Notes under the pieces: model-generated
What the model was told of the DNA's origin: nothing
The model's input: the letters and a program-made list of their open reading frames with translations, nothing else
Databases searched by the model: none
DNA from: Clostridium peptidivorans
GTDB lineage: Bacteria; Bacillota; Clostridia; Clostridiales; Clostridiaceae
Length of the DNA: 64,000 nt
Direction: 5' to 3'
NCBI RefSeq assembly: GCF_900205925.1
Contig: NZ_OAOD01000001.1
Location: forward strand, 243,201-307,200
Position numbers and translations under genes: made by a program
Shown here: positions 30,669 through 39,755 of the stretch, in pieces
How the letters are laid out: each line of letters begins with the position of its first letter
Numbering within the stretch: position 1 is the stretch's first letter

Positions 30669-31334
30669 TTATATTGATCCTTTTTTTATACTCTTCATCT
30701 TTATATTTCTTTCTTTTATAAGAAAAGAAATTTCTTTTAAGTACTCTGATAAATCTTCTTTGTTTTCTGATATACCTTCTATCTTTTGTAGCAAGGAACC
30801 TTCCATACCACATTCTGATGAAATATCACTATATTTTATATCCTCATAAATTTTGTTTAATTGTTCATTGTACTCACTATACTCACTATCATTCAAGTAA
30901 GATTGAATCCTACTTTCACATTCAATCATTATATCCTCTACAGCTAAAGTCTTATTATCAATTTTATTTATATGATCTGCAAAATTATTTAGATTAACTA
31001 CTACTATGCCTGTAATCCCCATTAACACAACATTTATTATTATATATAAAGTTAAAAATACCATTAAGAAATTAACAAATACTAAAGCTAACACTATAGT
31101 AGAAAAAAGATATAATACTACAGCTGTAATTACGCTACTTCTTAATACTTCCTCTTTAGTCTTTGCTATTATAAACAAAGTCACTACTTCAGCTAAAATT
31201 ACGAAAAAGAATGATAATAGCACCATAGGAACCTTAATTATATTTCTACATCCGATAAAATAAATAAGGATTGTTACAAAAAATAAAATTCCTCCACTTA
31301 TAAGTATACTTTTTGACCATTTATCTTCACTCAT
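30669..31334 (-). CDS. 4-TM membrane protein with acidic cytoplasmic tail (YdjH-like position)
   Basis: 221 aa. Lies between the zinc-ribbon membrane proteins and the SPFH protein. Confidence 0.45.
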   Translation of the reverse strand: MSEDKWSKSILISGGILFFVTILIYFIGCRNIIKVPMVLLSFFFVILAEVVTLFIIAKTKEEVLRSSVITAVVLYLFSTIVLALVFVNFLMVFLTLYIIINVVLMGITGIVVVNLNNFADHINKIDNKTLAVEDIMIECESRIQSYLNDSEYSEYNEQLNKIYEDIKYSDISSECGMEGSLLQKIEGISENKEDLSEYLKEISFLIKERNIKMKSIKKGSI

Positions 31335-31352
31335 TCTATATCCTCCATTCTA

Positions 31353-32648
31353 TTACAGCTTGTTACCACACTCAGGACAGAATTTTGGTTCTCCTTCTAT
31401 TTCACTACCACAACTGCCGCACTTCTTAACTAATGATATTCCACATTCTGAACAGAACTTAGCATTTTTATTAAGAATATTGCTTCCACAGCCTGGACAT
31501 TTTCTAGGAAGAGATTCATTGCAAACAGTACAAGTGCTTGCTCCATCTGGCATATCTCCCTTGCAATGTGGACATGGATTATATTTTTTACCACACTCTG
31601 GGCAAAACCTAGTATTTTCAGTTAATTTTGCTCCACAAGATGAACACTTTATTTCAGTATTCTTATCTTCTATTTTTATAGTAGTATCATATCCACATTC
31701 ACCACAGAATTTTGTATTTTTACTTATTTCAGCATTACATTTCGGACATTTTTTTGTTTCGACTTGTGTAGAAATATTACTAGCAATACCACTAAATTGT
31801 GACCCTACGGCTCCACCTACTCCAACTCCCATTCCAAGACCCATTCCGACACCCATAATATTACCTTGCATTGAATTTGGATTAGTTGCTGCTCCCTCTA
31901 AAGTATTAAAGGATCTTTCTTGTTGATAGTTAAATCCTATTATATCCATTTCAGCCTTCTTAGATAAAGCATCCTTTAATCTAATTACTGCTTTATCATC
32001 CTCTGGTACATTTATATCGTTAACATAGAATGATACTAATTTAATACCATAGTCCTTAAGAACATCTATCATCTTTTTTTGAAGCTCTTCAGATAACTCT
32101 TCTAAGTAAGCATTTATCTCTAGAATACTTATCTGATTTTTAACTAAATAAGTAGATATTGAATCCTTTACTTTAGTCAAGTATAGTCCCCTAAAGTAGT
32201 TAATCATACTTTTCTTATCAAAAACAGGCATTGCTCCAACTAGCTTTACTATGAACTTTTTAGAATCTTCTATTTGTATTCCAAATTGCCCAAATGCTCT
32301 TACTGGAACAAATATATTGTATTTTGGATCCTGTAATTGAATAGGTGATGCTGTACCCCACTTTACATCTAAATCATAAACTTTATTTACATACCAAACT
32401 TCAGCAGTGAAGGGAGACCTGCCACCAAAAGGTAAATTAACTATTTTATTTAAGATTGGGATATTGGCTGTATCTAGTGTATGTCTACCACTCCCAAATA
32501 CATCTAACGCCTTTCCACCTTTAAATAAAATTGCCTCCTGTGACTCATTTACAATTAATTGAGACCATGTTCCTAGCTCTTCATTAGGATATTTCCAAGC
32601 AAATAAGTCCGTTCCTCCATTATACTTAACGACTTCAACGATAGCCAT
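31353..32648 (-). CDS. SPFH/band-7 (YdjI-like, the so-called virion core protein family) with five C-terminal zinc-ribbon repeats
   Basis: The N-terminal about 260 aa resemble B. subtilis YdjI-type SPFH proteins. A Gly/Met-rich linker follows. The C-terminus carries five CxxC-N10-13-CxxC ribbons. Confidence 0.65.
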   Translation of the reverse strand: MAIVEVVKYNGGTDLFAWKYPNEELGTWSQLIVNESQEAILFKGGKALDVFGSGRHTLDTANIPILNKIVNLPFGGRSPFTAEVWYVNKVYDLDVKWGTASPIQLQDPKYNIFVPVRAFGQFGIQIEDSKKFIVKLVGAMPVFDKKSMINYFRGLYLTKVKDSISTYLVKNQISILEINAYLEELSEELQKKMIDVLKDYGIKLVSFYVNDINVPEDDKAVIRLKDALSKKAEMDIIGFNYQQERSFNTLEGAATNPNSMQGNIMGVGMGLGMGVGVGGAVGSQFSGIASNISTQVETKKCPKCNAEISKNTKFCGECGYDTTIKIEDKNTEIKCSSCGAKLTENTRFCPECGKKYNPCPHCKGDMPDGASTCTVCNESLPRKCPGCGSNILNKNAKFCSECGISLVKKCGSCGSEIEGEPKFCPECGNKL

Positions 32649-32972
32649 TATTACTCACCACTTCCTCACATTTCTTTTTTGACAAAAATACTCCATTATT
32701 CCAATTAAATTATATTAATTTACAGTTATTTAGTCAATGAAGCTTTCAAATTTTACTATTTTCTAAGTTCATTATACTACATATTAATTTATTTTCATGG
32801 TTCTTATCTATAGTATACAAAACAAATAAAATATTTATTACAAATGCTTCATTGATATATACACCAAATCTGATTCCCAACTGTTTATTATATAGTTAAT
32901 TAATGGAAGTCCATGTCTATCATAGATGTATCTATTAACTAATATTCTATTACCCTACTCTTATTGGCTTGA

Positions 32973-33158
32973 CTATTCTTTTAAAGAGAATTCAAGTTCT
33001 TTTAATAATTTAACAGTTCTTAATTTCAGTAAATCACCTTCTCTATGATTTCTATAATTATTTCCTTCTCTATTTGATATAACTATTCCATAATCTTCAT
33101 ATAGTCTTAAACTTTTTAAAGATATATTAATTAATTTACATACTTCATTAGTATTCAT
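32973..33158 (-). CDS. MerR-family HTH domain only (truncated, 61 aa)
   Basis: MerR N-terminal HTH (LKSLRLYEDYGIV) without any effector or dimerisation domain. Confidence 0.4.
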   Translation of the reverse strand: MNTNEVCKLINISLKSLRLYEDYGIVISNREGNNYRNHREGDLLKLRTVKLLKELEFSLKE

Positions 33159-33243
33159 TAAATCGGCTCCAATAAAAGTATAAACTCTGCCTAAATGGCA
33201 GAGTCAATAATTTATTAAAATATAATATTTTTAAACCTCATTT

Positions 33244-33337
33244 ATTTATGGCACGGTTCACCGCTAATAATCTTATAACAAATTCAAAAATGGAAAAACC
33301 CTTGACATCCGTCGAGGGTTTCATTGGTGGAGGCGAA
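33244..33337. repeat. dispersed repeat copy C with embedded terminator hairpin
   Basis: Shares GGTACGGTTCA...CGAGGGTTTCATTGGTGGAGGCGAA with copy D. The hairpin CCCTTGAC/GTCGAGGG plus T-tract serves the anti-sigma gene on the minus strand. Confidence 0.7.
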
Positions 33338-33354
33338 CCTCATCAAATCACTGT

Positions 33355-34335
33355 TCAGTAATTATTAATGGATTCAGCTATCTTTATTAGAGAGTCTTCT
33401 GGCAAGGTGCTAGATAAAGAATATTGCACATTATCCATTATCCAGGTAATTTTTGTAGTTATAATATTTGTTTTTTCATCTTTAACAGAGTTAATGTAAG
33501 CTGTATTATTTCCAATAGATATATTCTCAGTTCCTGATAATTTGGATAGACTTTTACTTTGTAATATTTCAAAATCAGCTGAGCTTGAGCTGTATTTCAA
33601 TTTAATACATTTTTGTTTTTCATCTGGCATAGATATATCGGTTAGCGCAAATCCTTCTGGAATATAGGAAGGAAGCAGGATCTTATCTTCAAAGTATTCT
33701 TCAGCTTTTTCAATAGTTAACGGTTCAGGCGCTAATGGTAAACTAGTATGTAACTCAGCTACCGAGTTCATTTCGCTATTATTACTATCACTATTACTAA
33801 TATCAATCCTATTTTGCGGAACGCTATCAAAGGTTTTACTAGAATCATTCCTGCTTTGTGAATCAGCTTCTTTATTCTCATTTACTGCATCAATATTATT
33901 ATTTTGAGGAATATTGTTTGAACCTTTCATTGCAATATCTGCATTCTTATTCTGCGGTACAGGCACATTATTTTTTGTATTGTTTTTGCTATTTGAAACT
34001 ACAGAGGAAGATTTGTCTGAATCACTGCTGCCTGCTATTTTAGTAGCTTCTTTTATTTTGTTTTCGTTATCTAAGGAATTTTTATATTCCTGATTTATTG
34101 ATTTTGCTATATGGTTATTAGTAATAGCTGATTTATGAAAAAAATAAATAAATATTCCAAAAAAAACTATTAAAGCGGCAGAAAAGGCTGCTGTTAGTTT
34201 TGTTTTTATTATTGATACTTTTCTATGATTACATTTTTCTAAGGTTTTTCTTTTTAATTCATCAGTAACATAAATATTTTTAAGGATTAAGTCTGATGCT
34301 TCTCTAAAGTTTTTCATGTTATCTTTCATATTCAA
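33355..34335 (-). CDS. anti-sigma factor (single TM, C-terminal DUF4367-like domain)
   Basis: Overlaps the ECF sigma gene by 17 nt. One TM at about residues 45-65. Asn/Ser-rich linker. Confidence 0.7.
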   Translation of the reverse strand: MNMKDNMKNFREASDLILKNIYVTDELKRKTLEKCNHRKVSIIKTKLTAAFSAALIVFFGIFIYFFHKSAITNNHIAKSINQEYKNSLDNENKIKEATKIAGSSDSDKSSSVVSNSKNNTKNNVPVPQNKNADIAMKGSNNIPQNNNIDAVNENKEADSQSRNDSSKTFDSVPQNRIDISNSDSNNSEMNSVAELHTSLPLAPEPLTIEKAEEYFEDKILLPSYIPEGFALTDISMPDEKQKCIKLKYSSSSADFEILQSKSLSKLSGTENISIGNNTAYINSVKDEKTNIITTKITWIMDNVQYSLSSTLPEDSLIKIAESINNY

Positions 34336-34834
34336 TCTTCCCCTCTAGACTAGATTTCAGTATCGTTCTGGCACGGAAAAGTCGACTTCGTACTGTTCCT
34401 TCTGGTATTTTCAATGCCGCACTTATATCCATTGTAGATAATTCCTCATAGTAATAAAGAATAACCAGCTCTCTATATTTAAGAGGAAGATTCATAACTT
34501 CTTTTAATAATTCCTCATATTGCATTTTCCTTGCAATTTCTTCATCCACATTTTCATAGGTATCTTTTAGTGAATCATCACCAATGTCTTTAAAAAAACG
34601 AACTTTTTTAAACCAGGAAATCCTTAACATGTCTCTGCAGGTATTTATTGTAATCCTCATAATCCATGTCTTTTCACTGCTGTTATTTTTAAATTTATTA
34701 TAATTTTTATAGACTTTTACGAATACTTCCTGGAAAGCATCTTCTGCCAAATGCTTGTCCTTTAAATATAAGTAAGCAATTTTCAGAACATCATTTCCAT
34801 AGTCATTCATTAGCTGTTCTACTTTTTCATCCAT
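34319..34834 (-). CDS. ECF-type RNA polymerase sigma-70 factor
   Basis: 171 aa. Region 2 (AEDAFQEVFVKVYK) and region 4 (LKYRELVILYYYEELSTMDISAALKIPEGTVRSRL). Confidence 0.85.
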   Translation of the reverse strand: MDEKVEQLMNDYGNDVLKIAYLYLKDKHLAEDAFQEVFVKVYKNYNKFKNNSSEKTWIMRITINTCRDMLRISWFKKVRFFKDIGDDSLKDTYENVDEEIARKMQYEELLKEVMNLPLKYRELVILYYYEELSTMDISAALKIPEGTVRSRLFRARTILKSSLEGKIEYER

Positions 34835-34918
34835 TTCTTATCTCCCGTTAAGTATATATGTAATAAAATAGAATATATTTAATTAATTACTATATTAAAT
34901 TATACGTATAAAATTCCA

Positions 34919-34945
34919 GTTTAGTTTCATATGTTTAAAAATTTT
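34919..34945 (-). promoter_or_regulatory. candidate ECF (sigmaW-like) autoregulatory promoter TGAAAC-N17-CGTA
   Basis: Minus-strand TGAAAC (34945..34940) and CGTA (34922..34919) lie about 55 nt upstream of the sigma gene. Confidence 0.35.
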
Positions 34946-35029
34946 TACATTATTACATAAATTTATGGAGCAGATTTATATCATAGCTCGTCTAATATTA
35001 TGAAACTAATTATAAAGGAGATTATATCT

Positions 35030-35791
35030 ATGAAAACTAATAATTTATTAAGGTCAAGATGGTCATTCATTTTCACATTTGCAGTTGCATTTATCCTATC
35101 CCTTAACTTTGGAGCTTCAAAAGTGCTGGCTGCAGATTCCAGTGTAGTCACTGCTGATGCAGCAAGAACAATAAATGTTACAGGGACTGGTGAAGTAACT
35201 ATAGCTCCAGACATAGCTTACTTATATTTAGGAGTAGTAACAGACAAGCTTACAACTATCGAGGCCCAAAGTGCTAATTCAACTGCAATAAACAATGTTA
35301 TCGCTGCTATTAAAAAAGAAGGCATAAAAGATGAGGACATTAAAACAACTGATTATAGTATAAATCCCAAATACGATTATGACAAGAACACTGGAAAAAG
35401 TTCACTTGTTGGGTATACGCTGTCGAACACATTAAAGGTTACGGTTAAAGATATCAGTAAGGTTGGGCAAGTAATTGACACGGCTGTAAAAAGCGGAGCA
35501 AATACTTCCAATAGCATAAGTTTTGGAGTCAGTGATTATGAGAAATATTATAATAAGGCTTTACTAAACGCATTATCAAATGCACAAAGTAAAGCCCAAG
35601 CAATTTCCAGTTTTTTAGGTGTAAAACTTACATCACCTGTAAAGGTAATAGAAAATTCAAGCGGAATCCCTAATGACTATCCAGTTCCATTGAATGCTAA
35701 ATTTGAATCAGCTGATTCTTCAGGTTCTACATCTATTCAAGCTGGGATTTATAAAGTAAAAGCAGATATCAGCTTAGTTTACCAGTATTAG
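35030..35791 (+). CDS. SIMPL domain (DUF541) secreted protein
   Basis: Signal peptide plus the conserved SIMPL fold pattern. AAAGGAG RBS before the ATG at 35030. Confidence 0.75.
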   Translation: MKTNNLLRSRWSFIFTFAVAFILSLNFGASKVLAADSSVVTADAARTINVTGTGEVTIAPDIAYLYLGVVTDKLTTIEAQSANSTAINNVIAAIKKEGIKDEDIKTTDYSINPKYDYDKNTGKSSLVGYTLSNTLKVTVKDISKVGQVIDTAVKSGANTSNSISFGVSDYEKYYNKALLNALSNAQSKAQAISSFLGVKLTSPVKVIENSSGIPNDYPVPLNAKFESADSSGSTSIQAGIYKVKADISLVYQY

Positions 35792-35954
35792 ATGATAAAA
35801 AAGGCTTAAGTGGTATATACCCCTTAAGGCCTTTTTATTATTGTAACGTTAAATAAAAATGTTATTCACTCTCAAATGTAGAGATTATCATTTTATAGAG
35901 AAAAAATTTAATTCATTTCTAATCATAACAAAATTAATCCTTACATATAAATTT

Positions 35955-36317
35955 TTATTGCAATGTAATATCTATAATCTTACCTTCAATTTGAACATGA
36001 TTACTGTCTACCCATCTAACATCCCTATCTTTTCCATAATGTCCAATGTAAATACGCTGATTTTTCTTAAATATATAACAATATTTTTTGACTAAATCTA
36101 CACAAGTAGCCCCACCTAAGGCACCTTGATCTATAAAATAAACTTCAATTTGATGTTTATTGTTTGGTGAATTTACTGTCTTTACTAATGTTGTAGATGT
36201 AAAATTTAATCTTACAAACAAAGTAAGCAACATCATAATTAAAAGCAAAACATATGAAATAGCAGAAAAAAATTTAAATATCCCATGAGATTTTTTAGAG
36301 GAAAGTAACGGAAACAT
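35955..36317 (-). CDS. hypothetical membrane-anchored protein
   Basis: 120 aa. N-terminal TM helix. No confident family. Confidence 0.4.
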   Translation of the reverse strand: MFPLLSSKKSHGIFKFFSAISYVLLLIMMLLTLFVRLNFTSTTLVKTVNSPNNKHQIEVYFIDQGALGGATCVDLVKKYCYIFKKNQRIYIGHYGKDRDVRWVDSNHVQIEGKIIDITLQ

Positions 36318-36548
36318 AAAAAGCAGCGAGTTTCCAGCATGTACACATGCAAGTCCTCCACCTTCATTAAAGTATCCTCTTCAACTCTCATTCCGTCATA
36401 GGTCATAAACATTTTAAAACTTGAATAACCTTCTTATATTACAACTGGTATTTCTTTCATTACGTTTTTATCTATATCAGTAATTGCAATATGAATTCCA
36501 TAGTCTATACAAGCTTTGCCTGTACCAATCCATTATCTAGTAATGCCC
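36318..36548 (-). pseudogene. internal fragment of a dihydropyrimidinase/hydantoinase paralog
   Basis: Nucleotide similarity to 40590..40810 of the intact gene. Translates to ...GIHIAITDIDKNVMKEIPVVI*EGYSSFKMFMTYD with an in-frame stop. No gene ends are present. Confidence 0.6.
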
Positions 36549-36664
36549 CAAAAAATAAAAATTACTACAGGAAGTTTTTCCTATAGTAATTTCCAAATAT
36601 ATTAAAGTCTATCTATTTAATTTTACACAAAACTATGGACGTTACTTTAAAATGTCCATTTAAT

Positions 36665-37918
36665 CTAAGAATATATAGTTTTTAAAGCCACTTCATGTGA
36701 CACCCTATTTTCCTTAAATTGAACTTCACCCGGGGTAATACATTGGTATACTGGACAAACATTTAAGCATAAATGACAACCAACACAAGTGTCCTTTATG
36801 GTTGGTTTTCTATTTGCTTCATTCCAATCAATAGCTTGATGTCCTCCGTCATAACAAGAAATATAACATCTGCCACAACCAACACATAATTCTTCATTGA
36901 TCTTAGGAATAATCTTAAAGGAACGATCAACTTCATCAGATCCAACTACATTAGGTAATGCTAAACCTATTAAATCACTTAATTTGTCAAATCCCTTTTC
37001 TTCCATATAATAAGATAATCCACTGATCATATCCTCAACAATTCTATATCCATATTGCATTACTGCAGTTGTAACTTGTATATTCTCGCAGCCTAACAAT
37101 AAAAATTCCAAACAATCTTGCCAAGTTTCTATACCACCTATTCCTGAAAGTGGTACATCCTTCAAATCTGCATCCTTTTTTAAATCAGAAATAAATCTAA
37201 GAGCTATAGGTTTTATTGCTGCACCAGAATATCCTGATACAGAAGACTTGCCATTTATAACAGGCATTGCAGTTAAGTTTTCTAAATCAATATTAGTAAT
37301 AGACTTAACTGTGTTAATAGCAGCTATTCCCTTAGCCCCAGCATCCACAGCAGCCTTTGCTGGAACCTGCATTAAAGTAATATTTGGTGTCATTTTAGCA
37401 ATGACTGGTAGAGTAGTGTTTTCTACTACAGCTTTAGTGTATTCATATACTAAAGCTGTATTTGTTCCTACATCTGATCCCATAGAAGAACTAGTCATTT
37501 GTGGGCAAGAGAAGTTACATTCTATCATATCTGCGCCTGCCTTAGTTACCTCTCTAGCTAAAATCTCCCACTCTTCCTTAGTGCTACCCATAATACTAAC
37601 AACCATAACCTTACTCGGATAATCCTTCTTTAATCTTCTTATATATTCTAAATTAACCTCTACTGGTTTGTCAGATATCTGTTCCATATTCTTGAACCCT
37701 GTCCAAGGAGTGCCTTCCTTTTTAGTTATATCAAATCTAGGAGAACATTCATCAGGAATATAAATACCTATTGTTTTATAAAAAACGCCTCCCCATCCTG
37801 CATCGAAAGCTTTGGCTATCATATCGTAATTGCTTCCAACTGGTGACGAAGATAGAAAGAACGGATTTTCACATTTTACACCTAAAAATTCTATAGATAA
37901 ATCTTTTTTATATGCCAT
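36665..37918 (-). CDS. preA: NAD-dependent dihydropyrimidine dehydrogenase subunit PreA (DHOD-like TIM barrel + 2x[4Fe-4S])
   Basis: 417 aa. C-terminal CVGCGRC...CVGCHLC ferredoxin motifs. Confidence 0.85.
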   Translation of the reverse strand: MAYKKDLSIEFLGVKCENPFFLSSSPVGSNYDMIAKAFDAGWGGVFYKTIGIYIPDECSPRFDITKKEGTPWTGFKNMEQISDKPVEVNLEYIRRLKKDYPSKVMVVSIMGSTKEEWEILAREVTKAGADMIECNFSCPQMTSSSMGSDVGTNTALVYEYTKAVVENTTLPVIAKMTPNITLMQVPAKAAVDAGAKGIAAINTVKSITNIDLENLTAMPVINGKSSVSGYSGAAIKPIALRFISDLKKDADLKDVPLSGIGGIETWQDCLEFLLLGCENIQVTTAVMQYGYRIVEDMISGLSYYMEEKGFDKLSDLIGLALPNVVGSDEVDRSFKIIPKINEELCVGCGRCYISCYDGGHQAIDWNEANRKPTIKDTCVGCHLCLNVCPVYQCITPGEVQFKENRVSHEVALKTIYS

Positions 37919-37930
37919 AACGAACCCTCC

Positions 37931-39145
37931 CTATTTATTTAAATATGCAATAATTTTTTCTGCAGATTCTTTTCCCTCAGCAACTGCTTCTACTACAGTT
38001 TTTCCACCGTTAGTAAAATCTCCAGCTGCGAATAAACCATCTTCAAGAGTATAGTTTTTATACTCCTCATAAGGTTCTTGTCCAATTGCAAAGATTATAT
38101 GATCTGCCTTTAACTTCATTTCTGAGTATCCGTCTCGAGACTTACAAACTAAAGCTATAGCTTTATTATCTTCTCCAAGTATCTTTTCTGGAGCAAACTC
38201 TGTATATATAGGAATTCCCATACCTTGGGTATAGGTAAGTTCAGCACTGTGTGCAGGTGATTCCTCAATACTTCTTCTATATACAATACTAACTTTACCC
38301 TTGGATAACTGTTTTGCAGTTATTGCACAATCCAGCGCTACATCTCCTAGTCCAATAACAACTACATTATTTCCTACTTTAACTTTTCCATTAGAGCTTC
38401 GAGCATTTGCTAAAAATGATAAAGCATTTTCTACGCCATCTAAATCATGACCTTCAATTTTAATGTCTTTAGATTTAGCAAGACCAATGCCAATAAATAT
38501 AGCTTTATATTCATTTTTTAATTTCTTGATATCTTCTGGTGCAATATGTTCATTAGTTCTAAATTCTACACCTAATTCCTTAAGGCAGTTAATATCTTGA
38601 TCAACAACCTCTTGAGATAAACGTGATGGAGTGATTCCATAAGTAAGCATTCCACCTAATTTTTCCTTTTCCTCAAATACTGTTACTTGATATCCTTCTA
38701 GGGCTAATTTTGCTGCACATGCTAAGGAAGCTGGACCTGAACCTATACATGCAATCTTTTCTTCTGTTTTTTTCTCAGGAGCTTTTAATACTTTTAAATT
38801 GAAAAGTTTCTCCTGATCCATAGCAAATTTTTGTAGTTTTCCAATATTGATTGGCTTGTCTATTCCAGTTCGGCTACATGCTTTTTCGCATAAATTTTCA
38901 TGAGGACATATCATAGCACAGGATGCGCCTAGTATATTGTTGAATCTAACAACTTCTGCTGCTCCTTTAATATTTTTAAAGCGAATAGAGCGTATAAACT
39001 TACCTGGATCAGTTAGTGCTGGACACGCCTTGCTGCATGGTGAATCCTCACATAATAAACATCTACTAGCTTCCTCAACTGCTGTTCTAATATTATAATC
39101 CTGCACATTCTGCTCACCATAAGCGAGTTTATTAATTTTTGCCAT
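37931..39145 (-). CDS. preT: dihydropyrimidine dehydrogenase subunit PreT (GltD-like FAD/NAD(P) oxidoreductase)
   Basis: 404 aa. N-terminal Cys cluster followed by the GSGPASLACAAKLA dinucleotide-binding motif. Confidence 0.85.
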   Translation of the reverse strand: MAKINKLAYGEQNVQDYNIRTAVEEASRCLLCEDSPCSKACPALTDPGKFIRSIRFKNIKGAAEVVRFNNILGASCAMICPHENLCEKACSRTGIDKPINIGKLQKFAMDQEKLFNLKVLKAPEKKTEEKIACIGSGPASLACAAKLALEGYQVTVFEEKEKLGGMLTYGITPSRLSQEVVDQDINCLKELGVEFRTNEHIAPEDIKKLKNEYKAIFIGIGLAKSKDIKIEGHDLDGVENALSFLANARSSNGKVKVGNNVVVIGLGDVALDCAITAKQLSKGKVSIVYRRSIEESPAHSAELTYTQGMGIPIYTEFAPEKILGEDNKAIALVCKSRDGYSEMKLKADHIIFAIGQEPYEEYKNYTLEDGLFAAGDFTNGGKTVVEAVAEGKESAEKIIAYLNK

Positions 39146-39171
39146 TATAATTCCCCCTTATATAAATCTAA

Positions 39172-39201
39172 GAATAGATGGGCATGCATACCCATCTATT
39201 C
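39172..39201. terminator. 11-bp hairpin GAATAGATGGG/CCCATCTATTC between the DUF1097 gene and preT (attenuator or terminator)
   Basis: Perfect 11-bp stem with an 8-nt loop. Confidence 0.5.
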
Positions 39202-39242
39202 AATACAGGTAATGCTTTTAGCTTATTTCTGTAAAACTTGTC

Positions 39243-39728
39243 TTAATTAACTTCTTCACTATTTTCTACTACATCATTCTTAGCAAAGTATTTATTGTAA
39301 GCCCATGTACCAGAAGCATCACATCCATATCCTAAAATTGCACCTAATATTACAGAACTTCCTAACAGTAGCCAGTCTCCATTAGCAGCAAAGGTTGTGA
39401 AACAACCTAAAAATATACCAGGTACAAAAGGAGTATATTTCCATAGGCCTAAGAAGCACATTACAGCAGAAATGATTGCACTTGCCACTGCTCCTCCTCC
39501 ACTAAAGGCAAATAAATTAGTAAGAAACATCATAGACATACCACATGCTATACCAGCTAAATTGCATCTAATTGCTACACCTATACCTTCTAGTCCATGT
39601 TTCCCTGAAGCAAAATAGGTAGTTGTTCCAGCAAATCCTCCCCATACTGATAATGCTATTAATGGTGCTACAAAAGTCCATACTCCGCATAATATACCAG
39701 TGGATATACCAAGTATTATTAAATACAT
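39243..39728 (-). CDS. small multi-pass membrane protein (DUF1097/YcdZ-like)
   Basis: 161 aa, 4-5 TM. Sits inside the pyrimidine catabolism cluster, so it is a possible substrate permease subunit. Confidence 0.4.
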   Translation of the reverse strand: MYLIILGISTGILCGVWTFVAPLIALSVWGGFAGTTTYFASGKHGLEGIGVAIRCNLAGIACGMSMMFLTNLFAFSGGGAVASAIISAVMCFLGLWKYTPFVPGIFLGCFTTFAANGDWLLLGSSVILGAILGYGCDASGTWAYNKYFAKNDVVENSEEVN

Positions 39729-39755
39729 ACACTCAGCTCCTATAATTAATTCATT

